64,000 nt of DNA, taken from assembly GCA_024704765.1 (NCBI GenBank), contig JAKMXF010000288.1:372001-436000 (forward strand), read 5' to 3'. Positions within the stretch are counted from its first letter, which is position 1. Every line of letters begins with the position of its first letter. This stretch comes from Oopsacas minuta. Lineage: Eukaryota > Animalia > Porifera. The notes beneath the pieces were generated by a model. That model saw only the letters and a program-made list of their open reading frames with translations, was not told the DNA's origin and ran no database searches. A program made the translations under genes and the position numbers. Below are positions 1 to 9,834 of the stretch, piece by piece.

Positions 1-67
1 AAAAGCTGATTTTATTGTTCTTTTGACATTTGATAAATATTTCTATATGATTATATTTTGTTGAGAT

Positions 68-148
68 GTTGCTATGGCCTAGTGGACGTGTGCTAAAGAC
101 TTAACTGCTGTATAGAGGCGAGGTCCGGGTTCGAATCCGGGACAGGAA
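68..148 (+). pseudogene. tRNA-like sequence (tRNA pseudogene or tRNA-derived SINE head)
   Basis: Pol III A-box-like TGGCCTAGTGG (75-85) and B-box GGTTCGAATCC in a T-arm-like hairpin (125-141). The acceptor stem does not pair, so it is not a functional tRNA. Confidence 0.55.
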
Positions 149-180
149 GAAAATTTGATTTATCAGCTATAACACACACA

Positions 181-710
181 ACAAATCGCATCTTTCCTTC
201 CATGTGAAGAAACGGCGACAAAAATACACGAAGTCACCTCAAGAAATCTTTTGTTAACATCAAGTATTTTTCTTAAAATATTTTCTCCATTTCATTCAGT
301 AAAATGAGAGAATCGTGTTTATAGAGTTTAATATCATCAAACATTTCAATTAAACAACCTTGCAAAGACTCATACTTTGTCCAATGGGCTGTCGCACTCT
401 GAACACAAAGATTGACACTCCTCCGTGGCAAGGCTACCTACGTTATCCTCATTGGAAAATGGAGTTGTGTTAGGAAAGGTTGTGGTGGAACAATTTCGGA
501 AATATTCGCACATTGCATTTGTATGGCGCGCAGCTTGCGTTGCTCGACATATGAAAAATGATAGAATAGTTTCATATCATCAAGGCTAATAAGGGTTATG
601 TCACGAATGGTTTTGACACCTAGCTCAAATAGCTCGAATCTAGATTCTAGGTCGTGTTTGATGAAAATCTCTCGCCATTTTCTTTGCTTAGGTGCTTGAA
701 AATCTGCCAT
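181..710 (-). pseudogene. Decayed caspase paralog with SAM-like N-terminus
   Basis: ORF 438-710 (KHDL...LGVKT...F.Y.E.RK) matches the N-terminus of the caspase at 4006-5307. After a stop and frameshift, 240-181 reads EVTSCIFVAVSSHGRKDAIC, the caspase catalytic-His motif. No QACRG exon follows. Confidence 0.7.
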
Positions 711-722
711 TTATGTATATTC

Positions 723-979
723 TACAGTTCCGGCAAAAAGTCTGGAATATTGTTGACAAAATGCGAATATTCTAGTATTGGAACAAAAGGTTACAACATT
801 ATTATTTCAGAACGTTTTTCTCAACCTATAGTGGAATGAATTACTATATTAAGGTAGGCTAATATTATCATCAATAATAATAGGCAGTAATTAGTAAATA
901 ATATTATCAGGATATTCCTGAGTAAATTCAACAAAGTTGAAAAATAATGAAATATTCCAGACTTTTTGCCGGGACTGTA
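723..979. mobile_element. Tc1/mariner-type MITE
   Basis: TACAGTTCCGGCAAAAAGTCTGGAATATT (723-751) is mirrored at 951-979 with one mismatch. The ends are TA (putative target-site duplication) followed by CAGT. Confidence 0.8.
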
Positions 980-1444
980 AATTGTTGGAGGATATTATGA
1001 TCTGAATTTGCCTTTTTAGAATCTAAATTAGTCAAACTATAACTACCCAAAAGGTGTGAAAATATTCACATATCCCCGAGGTACACATCTAAACCCCCCC
1101 AAAGTACCCATGTGCCAATTTTCTTGCCAATAGGATATCTCCCTGTAGGAGCTGTACTAAAAACGCCAAAACTTTAACCTATGCTGACACTTTGATATTT
1201 AACATATAAGTGTCGGCGATAACAAATAAAAATTCAATACCATCCGTCGTTCCAGTTTCCGAGGAAATTCCGGAAAGGGGCGTATCAGGATTATGCATAG
1301 TCCGGGGGAAAATGCCCCTGGGTTTTGCCTCCTGAGACCATCACTGGTTCTGATTGAGAAACTTCAGATTTCTATAAAACAAACTGATATTCATAATTTT
1401 TCGTATAAAAAAATAAAAAGCGAATATTATCCCATTTTAAATAT

Positions 1445-2377
1445 TCATATAAATAACTGAGCACAAAGCGTGTGTCTGACCTCTGGTGGTTGTTTTATAC
1501 ATTTCACATGGTCTGTATCATGTTTGTAGTTCTGTAGCATATGATTACTTGTAGCTGTCAACAGATCTAAGATATTGGAATGACCATGCATCTCATCGAA
1601 GCATTCCCGTAACGAGGTTACAAACCAAGATCCGTTGTCTTTATCACGCCAAGCTTTGTAGCCCTCCACGCATGAATAAGCGACGAATAAATCCGTTTGC
1701 CGGGTCGCAACTTCCGGGAGAGAGTCCGAAACTATTTGGCTGTCCATATTGTCTCCTCGACACGCCTGTATGAATAAAACTTTGGGTTTTCCCACCAAAT
1801 GGTCCACTTCTTGTAGTATATTTAGAATAAAACTTACTTCGATATCTCCGCCATCAAAACAAGCCAGTTTATCGGGCCCCGCGCCATGTGTCGAGATGGC
1901 AATGAAAACACTTCTCATTTTTGCATTGTCCTTCACTACATTTTTAATGAATTCTTTAAAACCCAACTCATCTCCCTTTTTATTACAACAAATATTAGTT
2001 TTTGTAATTATTTTTAGTCTTAAGAACTTGAAAATGTGTTCGAAGTGCTCTAGATCCTTTTTGGCGCCAAGTCGTTCAGTTGAGCCACATTTTTCGTTCA
2101 CAATTATAACACCTAGTCCTGTGTATTGATCCCCTTCTAGATGGTATGATGGGAGACAATCGAATTGGGGTCTTAAAGCTAGGCCGTTATGCTTCAAATA
2201 TTGTTTGTCTCCATGTTGTATCAAATCCCCAATACAAACATTTTTGTTGTCCCAGTCGTAGACTTTTATGTGATTGTCTGTGTCAGTGCTTTTTGGGTCG
2301 AAAAGTTGTGGGAAAAAAGGTACATGTTCCACAGGTGTACCAGGATCCAAAGCTAATGGACCTGTGCTTTGGACCAT
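1445..2377 (-). CDS. Caspase (peptidase C14A), short prodomain, intronless, 310 aa
   Basis: STHG and QACRG catalytic motifs, S1 Arg residues (ERLG, AWRD), GSWF motif and putative linker site IVSD/S. Confidence 0.92.
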   Translation of the reverse strand: MVQSTGPLALDPGTPVEHVPFFPQLFDPKSTDTDNHIKVYDWDNKNVCIGDLIQHGDKQYLKHNGLALRPQFDCLPSYHLEGDQYTGLGVIIVNEKCGSTERLGAKKDLEHFEHIFKFLRLKIITKTNICCNKKGDELGFKEFIKNVVKDNAKMRSVFIAISTHGAGPDKLACFDGGDIEVSFILNILQEVDHLVGKPKVLFIQACRGDNMDSQIVSDSLPEVATRQTDLFVAYSCVEGYKAWRDKDNGSWFVTSLRECFDEMHGHSNILDLLTATSNHMLQNYKHDTDHVKCIKQPPEVRHTLCAQLFI

Positions 2378-2556
2378 CTCTGATCTTGATGGTAATTCTA
2401 AACATAAATAAAACGGGTCAGAAACGAAAAGGGCCGTGTAGCCTCAACAAACGGGGTGTTAGGGACACCGACACCAGTTTCCACGTTTGTGTAGGTTACA
2501 CTGTATATTGTGTCGATGAATTTGAGACACTATTTTCGGGAGAGAAGCACATTCCA

Positions 2557-3636
2557 TCAATACTTACCTGTTTCTAAGCAACGAACATTACTTTCAGACT
2601 TTAGCAATAAAAACTTTTTCAAAGTGGATTCGAAATGAGAGGGTTGTGCTACTTTCGTGTTATCTCTCTCCCTATTACATCTTAACATCAAACTATGATT
2701 TGTTAAAGTTAAGATATCCATAAAATGGTAACGATCGGAGTATTCCTTGTAGGTGTTGAATAGTTCGTTTAAGAACCATGCTCCCTCTGTTTTAGTTCGA
2801 TATGCCTTGTAATCTGGCGTACAGGCGTACGAAATGAGGTAATCAGTCTCTAATGAGACTATTGGGTCCTTTTCCATCGCGTCAAAGTAGACTTTATTTG
2901 TTAAATAATCACTTTTATCGCCTCGACATGCCTGTATGATAAATATTTTTGGTTTCCCTTCAAGGACTGGACAATTTTCTGGGTTAAATATCGGTAGAAT
3001 TTCGCTACGCAGTGAAATACGACCCCTATCACTCCCGAAGAGAATATCATTCTCACCTCCGTGAGTGCTAAATGCTACGCATAACATGTAATGTTTGTAT
3101 GTAACTTCCTTCGCTAATTGTTTCAGTTCTTTTAGAATCTCCTGGGATGTTTTTTCTTCACATTTGTATACTTTAAGTTGCATCATTGTGAATATCTTAT
3201 CTAAGTTATCAATATCTTTCCCAACTCCTGGCCGTGTCTCGCCCCCCGCGAAATTTGTGTTCACGAAAATCGCGCCGATCCCTCTCTCATCTTTATTTGG
3301 CATTTCATAGTTAGTGTCCTTCAGTGGTTGATAGGGCATTATATCAGAGAATATAGAATCGTCTCCATGTGGTATTGAAGTTGGTTGCGGTGTTTGGTCT
3401 AATTGTCTTTGCATGTTCTTATGCAATAGAGGTGGGAGTAAGATTTTTTGATTATCCACACATTGCTTAGAAACGTCAAAATTAATACTAGGTTGCTGAT
3501 CAGGGCTGTTGTTCATTGTTACTTGTGGATATATTGCTGGTTCTTGTTGGTTAGGTGGTGGTGTCCTCAAGGGGCTATAGAGTATATGCGTAGGACTCAT
3601 AGCTGTGCTAGGAGGATTGCGAAACCTTTCTGCCAT
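2557..3636 (-). CDS. Caspase (peptidase C14A), P/Q-rich N-terminus, intronless, 359 aa
   Basis: STHG and QACRG motifs, GKPKIFIIQ, AYRT and GAWF; putative linker site VYFD/A. Confidence 0.93.
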   Translation of the reverse strand: MAERFRNPPSTAMSPTHILYSPLRTPPPNQQEPAIYPQVTMNNSPDQQPSINFDVSKQCVDNQKILLPPLLHKNMQRQLDQTPQPTSIPHGDDSIFSDIMPYQPLKDTNYEMPNKDERGIGAIFVNTNFAGGETRPGVGKDIDNLDKIFTMMQLKVYKCEEKTSQEILKELKQLAKEVTYKHYMLCVAFSTHGGENDILFGSDRGRISLRSEILPIFNPENCPVLEGKPKIFIIQACRGDKSDYLTNKVYFDAMEKDPIVSLETDYLISYACTPDYKAYRTKTEGAWFLNELFNTYKEYSDRYHFMDILTLTNHSLMLRCNRERDNTKVAQPSHFESTLKKFLLLKSESNVRCLETGKY

Positions 3637-3656
3637 TATAAAGCTAATTAGTTAAT

Positions 3657-3880
3657 ACAATCAACTCTCGTTACACCTAACACGGTTATATAGAAATATC
3701 CGCGTATATAGAAGTGTGAAAGTGTACAAATATGGTCCCAAACCGTCAAAGTACATATAGTAGACTCTGCTTAATAAGCTCACATCGGGAACAAGCCATT
3801 TTGGCCCGATTAACCGGTGGCTCTATTAAGCGGAGTCTGCTCTATGTTTAAGTTGTATCGAAGTAATTATTACGGTAACT
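3657..3880. mobile_element. MITE with a second MITE inserted (about 3757-3844)
   Basis: The outer part resembles the family at 6580, 8583, 15580, 42826, 46441 and 60395. The inner part has inverted ends TAGTAGACTCTGCTTAATA...TATTAAGCGGAGTCTGCT and resembles 43320-43396. Confidence 0.55.
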
Positions 3881-4005
3881 TGACGCACGTTTACCAGCCC
3901 CCCCAATCAATACTCACCAACATACAAACTGTTAAGCTGTAATTCGCGTAAAAAGACAAAAATAAGTCTTATATTATCACAAAAAGATCCATAAAAATTT
4001 TACAA

Positions 4006-5307
4006 TTAGGAACTCCTGGGCCTTACATCAACCAGTTTAGTCAAAGTAGATACTAACTGACACGTTTGTACATAATTACACTCACCGCTTGCTTGTATAG
4101 ATTTCTGTATCACCAGCTGATTAGTGAAAGTTATTATAGCTGATAAATTAAAATCGTTCCTATACTTCTCAAAAGCTCGTTTTAGCTGTGTAACGAACCA
4201 CGAACCGCCTGTTGTACTTCTAAACGATTTGAAGCCTAGAACGGCTGAATAGGCAATGAGAAAATCACTTTCGAGTGTCACTGAAGCTCGTTCGTAGCAA
4301 TCTCCGCGGATTTGTGGGATATTCCCTTCCTTATTGCCTCGACAAGATTGTATGAAGAAGATTTTCGGTTTCCCCTTTAGGCTCGGGCAATTGTCCGGTT
4401 TGAATGGTGACACTATGTCGCGGTGGAGTGAGTAGGGTTTTTCATCTCTTCCATAAAGCAGGTCGCCTTGATCCCCGTGAGTAGATATTCCAATCACGAA
4501 CATATCGTGTTCCGAAAGATCTTGCCTTTTGGCAGTTATGGCGATTATATCGAGTATTTCCGCCTTGGTGTGATCCGGATACACTTGAATCTCTAGTCCC
4601 ATTTCTCGGAATAACTCACCAAAATTGATTTCATCTACTACTGCACCGGCTCTGTTTTCTTGCTCTGGGAATTCTTCATTCGTGAATATTAATCCAAGTC
4701 CTCTTATTTTATTGCTGTTTGTATTTGGGTAGTAAAGCTCTGTCAACATTGGTTCTGCATCTGACACTGACTGGGGGTTATTTTGGTTGTGAGCAGTAGC
4801 TGGGTGATCGCTTCCAGTCCTCACCACTGGTTGAGAGTGTTGTTGTGCAAACACGGGTGGATAGGAATGTTCACATACAGGGTTCGGGTATGACGGGTAT
4901 CCATAAATACTAGGTGGTCCTGATGGTAAATGGTTGACTGGTAACGAGTGGGACATGTTAATGTCCATTGGGCCTCTACTTGTAGTCATCGGCAGCGGGT
5001 TGATGCTTCTTGGTGGAAGTATTTGCGGCTGGACATACTCACCGGATAAGGATGGGCTCGATGAGCGCGGATCCCCGAGTTCGTCGAGAACGGTCCCCGT
5101 TTCTTGTGCTTTTGTCATGGTAATACAAACTTCACGAAGAGCATCGAATTTACGGAGTTCTGAGTAATCGAAAAATAGATTCTCTTTCAAATAAGTTTGT
5201 TCTACCCTCGCCATGTCTTTGAATGTTTTTACTCCCAAAATAACCAACATTTCTTTCTTATGTCCCAAGTCATGTTTGAACAATTCTGATTCTAATGAAG
5301 GGTCCAT
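4006..5307 (-). CDS. Caspase with SAM-like N-terminal domain and Pro-rich linker, intronless, 433 aa from ATG 5307
   Basis: STHG and QSCRG motifs, GKPKIFFIQ and GSWF. The N-terminal ~60 aa is helical with a SAM-like hydrophobic pattern. Confidence 0.9.
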   Translation of the reverse strand: MDPSLESELFKHDLGHKKEMLVILGVKTFKDMARVEQTYLKENLFFDYSELRKFDALREVCITMTKAQETGTVLDELGDPRSSSPSLSGEYVQPQILPPRSINPLPMTTSRGPMDINMSHSLPVNHLPSGPPSIYGYPSYPNPVCEHSYPPVFAQQHSQPVVRTGSDHPATAHNQNNPQSVSDAEPMLTELYYPNTNSNKIRGLGLIFTNEEFPEQENRAGAVVDEINFGELFREMGLEIQVYPDHTKAEILDIIAITAKRQDLSEHDMFVIGISTHGDQGDLLYGRDEKPYSLHRDIVSPFKPDNCPSLKGKPKIFFIQSCRGNKEGNIPQIRGDCYERASVTLESDFLIAYSAVLGFKSFRSTTGGSWFVTQLKRAFEKYRNDFNLSAIITFTNQLVIQKSIQASGECNYVQTCQLVSTLTKLVDVRPRSS

Positions 5308-5604
5308 TTTAATTTTGGCTAGGAAAGGAGGATATGAAGAAATTGAAAATATAGAACTGAAGATCGAGGAAAATATTCCACACATTTAGAGCTAAGTATT
5401 AATAGATTTATCATATTTGAGTTTTTACGAGAGCCAAGTGATATTTGAAATTGGATCATGTATATTGGTAACACCAAGACAAGCATGACCCCAGGTTCAG
5501 ACCGATCATATAACAAAAGACTCTATAACTCTGTACTAATTCAAATCAACATGAATAATAAATCAATTCAAATCTACTACTATCTTCCTCCTTCTCCAAA
5601 TAAC

Positions 5605-8600
5605 TCAATAAACTTTACTACTACTCTCCTTCAAGGCTAGTGTTCTATTAAAAATAAGCTTATTTTTACTAGAATCACTGTCCACACAGAAATATCCAAC
5701 TCTCTCAAACTGGAATTCATCAAACACCTTCGCTTCTTCTACACTACGATCAATATACGCGGTTACAACTTTGAGAGAATTTTTGTTGCAGTCTGTAATA
5801 TATCCACCTGGAACTACCTAAAGGAATGAATATAGCCATTAGCAACTAATACGTGCAATGGAATGTCTTCATCCATAATTCATTGACAAATTGAACTGAA
5901 ACTGAAACTATCGACCGTTGTTGGCGGAAAGATGTAAGGAGGAAATTTTGCATAAAATTTCATTTTCCTCGAATTAGTTTTGAGCTGTCGTACGGGCTTT
6001 TTGAGAGCCCTTGGGTGTTATGAGAGACCTCAATACCTCATATTTTGTGCTCTACAATTTTCCCTCGCGACCATCTTACCGCCTTTTTGTATGCCCACAG
6101 TCTATTGTATACCGGTTATAAGCACATGGATTGCTATTCCTCCAGGGTGTTTGTATAACCGGCATATACTGTATCTCTCAATATATTGTTTTCAAGAGAC
6201 ATACCTTTGGATCTTCAGGGTGGCTATGTTTGAATAGTTTCTCATATAATCTGACTTGACACTCCAAATGGTTGCTAACCCAGTGTATCCATGCCTTTGG
6301 CTTGTTAGTATCACTAACTAACTCACAAGTAACTTTCACTTCATTTATAGCTCCATTTATGTCTTTCAATATTTCTTGTATTGATATGGTGTATCCGGTG
6401 TGACGCAGGCCTACCGCTTGTCCGGGAGCTAGTCGCCGATAGTCTGGTAACAAAGTGTCAGACACATCACTACGTTCGATAAACACCTCTCTAAAGGGAG
6501 GGGGTAATTTCGTTAGAAATTATCGGAGTTGTTTTTTAAGTGAATGACAGAGCTGTCCTTAAATTCAGAGTTAATCCCATTATATCGAAGCTCAAGGGAC
6601 CATGATAATTCCTTCGATATAACCAATGGAATATATGTTACTTTGACGGTTTGTGACCATATTCGTACAATTTCACACCTCGATATAAGCGGGTATTTCT
6701 ATATATCCCTCCCTGTTAGATGTGTCCAATGCCTAAACCGTGACATTAAGTAAACTAACTTTTCGAAATTCACTTTATGAAATGTAGTATTATCCTTCTT
6801 TGGAAAATCTGGAATATCAACAGAGATCGGTTCAATTTGTGGAAAATTCGTAACAGATATTTTGACACGATCAAATACTGCCATAGCTCGTCTAGCCGTC
6901 ACATCAAGAACCTCAGTGATACACGCGTCGAGCATGACAGGTTCTATCACGGTTTGTGTCTGAGTAACTCCAACCTAACAACGAGATAGATACATAGATA
7001 TGTTTAGCGGAACACCTCGAATAATAGCCCCCGTCTCCCTCGCTGAGGGGTGTAGCCAAATACCAACGAGGTAACCATGGAAACTGGGACATAACACGTC
7101 ACAGAAGCACGATAGGGAGTTGGTGAATATATTCATGGAATATAGTATGTGATTATATGTTATGTCCCCGTACAAGGGTGTTAAAATATGGATAATCACC
7201 CTGGCTACTATTCGTTATTGATTCATACCTTGGCACAAAAGGCATTGATGGCATCTGGGGACACTCCTCTCCTCCTTAGCGCGGTCAAAGTGAACAATCT
7301 CGGATCGTCCATCCCATCGATAATTCCCTCGTCAATCAGTTTACGAAACTTCCGTTTGGAAATAACTGTCCCAGTCAAGTTGAGGCGGGAATACTCCCAT
7401 TGAACTGGACAATAAATCCTCAGCGCGTTACATAGCCAGTAGTAAGCAGATCTTCTAGCCTGGAACTCCTTAGTGCATAAGGAATGTGTGATATTCTGTA
7501 TAGAGTCACAGAGACAGTGTGAATAGTCGTATGTGGGATATATGCACCATTCGTCACCTGTACGAGGGTGTGGTTGGTATTTGATACGATAGGCCACTGG
7601 GTCTAGCTTCCCATCTTCCATTGTGTACTGTAAGATTGATGGTAAACAAACAAACAAACAAACAAACAAACAAACAAACAAACAAACAAAAGCGTACGCA
7701 AAAAACTAGCGAAAGGAAAAAATCTAATATTACAATCGTTAGTGCCTCCAATTAATAGTGCCAGTGTTGGCACAGATTGAAATTGTTGATTTTACAGCTC
7801 CGCTCCTAGTTTAAACAACAACTCACCTTCATTCTCAATGTAGCCTCTCCTTCCTTCAACAACCCAGCTTTCATGTCCCTAAACAATTTGATACTCTCCT
7901 CTATTGGTCTATCCCTCCACGGAGAGAACTCCAGATTCCATCCTTTGATTTCATCGTGTTTTTGATGATCCACATAAGCATGTCCGGTCTGAATTAGCTC
8001 AATAGCCCAGTCGTATAATTGCTGGAAGAAGTCAGATGTGTATGTTATCTATTAGAATAATAACAGTCATTGTCACCTAATTTCGAGGCCAGTTAAGGAG
8101 GCTAAATTGACCCAAAATACCTTACAAGGTTCATGACCCATCCATGCCACCATTTCAATAATTTGTGTGAAGAATCTTTTCTCTTCTTTCTCCGGGTTTG
8201 TATCATCAAATCTCAAATAACAGATTCCTCCGTTTGCTTTAGCATAGCCGAAGTTGAAATTCATTGCCTTGGCATGACCTAAGAAATCACATATAGAGGT
8301 AACCAAAGGTGACTAAAGGGTACCTTCAATGGGCACGAAGGGGCTTGTAATAATTCCCTAAACTGACCAATATGTAATATCCCATTAGGTTCAGGTGGGA
8401 ATCTTGTAATTACAATTCCACCAGTTTCTTTCAAATGTTGAGAAAGGAGGTCTCTTGTGAATGGTGTCACTATGTACCCATCTGTTTTGTGGTTCTCTCC
8501 TGGTTTGTGGAAGTTCAGTGCATCTCCAGATATTTCATATGATTGTTCATGTTTTGTCACCTACAAATGTACTGTTAATTCTTGTTATATAGAAGCTCAA

Positions 8601-9438
8601 GGGATCGTGATAATTGCTTCAATATTAACCGATGGGATATATGTTACTGTGACTGTTTGGGATCATATTTGTACAATTTCACACTTGGATATATCCGTGT
8701 TAGATATAACAGGAGTTGTGTCTGTATGTACGATTGTGCCAGATTTGGATTGTTTTGTTGTTGTTTATTACCTGTTTAGGAACATTAACATGAGTTTGTT
8801 TGGCCTCCTTCGACAGGGGTGCTAAATCCTCCGCAGTTTTCGGGCCGAGTAGGCCCTCTATCTTGGAATCAATCACCTCTTTTATAACTTTACCATCTGC
8901 CCATTTTAACACAGCCCTCACCTTACCAACCATCTCACCTACAAATATGTTACGTTAAATACCATACAGTCAAAAGTGTAACTAGGTTACGACTACCTTT
9001 ATTATATCTATATCTTCTTTGTAGAATTACATCTTTATTTGTCTCGATTAGCTGATCGACACAATTTTCAACTTCACCCACACTCACTTCTATTCCGATC
9101 CCGCAAAATTGTTCAAATTCTGGCGGGTTTATGGATCTAAAATTAGATTTTATGTACTGTATCGCCGCGCTAAATTTTGCATCAGTTTTTATTTTAGAAT
9201 TTAATATATATTTGATTATAAACGGGAAGTGGTTCTCGTGCCCTTTTAGCTTAGAGGCTAGTTGGTACAAAAGTGTCGGAGCTGTGGCTGGAATAGGGTG
9301 TGAGGCGAGTTGGGCTTTGCATTCCTCTGACACTTGGAGTAAGGTGGTTGTTAAGGATTTGTTTTTGAGTGTTTCTGTACATTTTTCGTCAGAGAATTTG
9401 AAAAATTCCTTCAGAATATTTGAAGATGATTCGGCCAT
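5605..9438 (-). CDS. QARS1: Glutaminyl-tRNA synthetase (multi-exon)
   Basis: Exons read [27 protein letters not shown]...[27 protein letters not shown] and KPKAWIHWV. The last exon, translated by hand, is [12 protein letters not shown]...[11 protein letters not shown] with stop at 5605-5607. Confidence 0.96.
6580..6710. mobile_element. Dispersed MITE-like family B, representative copy
   Basis: Core GTTATATCGAAGCTCAAGGGACC...CACACCTCGATATAAGCGGG recurs near 8583, 15580, 42826, 46441-46700 and 60395 (inverted). Several copies end in TACAGT. Confidence 0.65.
7017..7214 (+). mobile_element. MITE family A (13-bp TIR TCGAATAGTAGCC), in a QARS1 intron
   Basis: TIRs at 7017-7029 and 7203-7214. The internal sequence is nearly identical to copies at 38420, 44170 and 63760. 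Confidence 0.8.
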
Positions 9439-9834
9439 TTATCGCTAATTATAGTATCTGATTTATTGAGGAACTGTAAGAGTTACCAATTTGGAATTTG
9501 GTATGTGTATTGAGTGTGATTAATCTAACAACCCGTTCAAATATCTTAGTGATATCTCTCCAACTTCCTCAGAAAGGTGTTAAAAACCATATACCACTTT
9601 TTTGCCCTTCAAACATTTATAAGTGAACCACAAAATGACATTATTAATTCAATACAATTTATATATTTAGATGTGTGCCCACATTTCCCCGTATCCGTTA
9701 CTTTGAGAAATCTATAAATCCCGTGGGCATCAAATTCGACCTATGGGTACATCTAGGGGTGTATATGTGCACCTTAGCCCGGATAAAAAATAATTCATGA
9801 TTTTCTGAAAAAATTGTCAAAATTTCCTACCTAG

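Noticed and set aside
68-148. Functional tRNA gene
   Set aside because: The A and B boxes are present, but the acceptor and anticodon stems do not pair.
6544-6753. Similar short ORFs at 6544, 8582, 42746 and 46618 suggesting a small gene family
   Set aside because: They are translations of the same MITE-like repeat and have no conserved start or stop.
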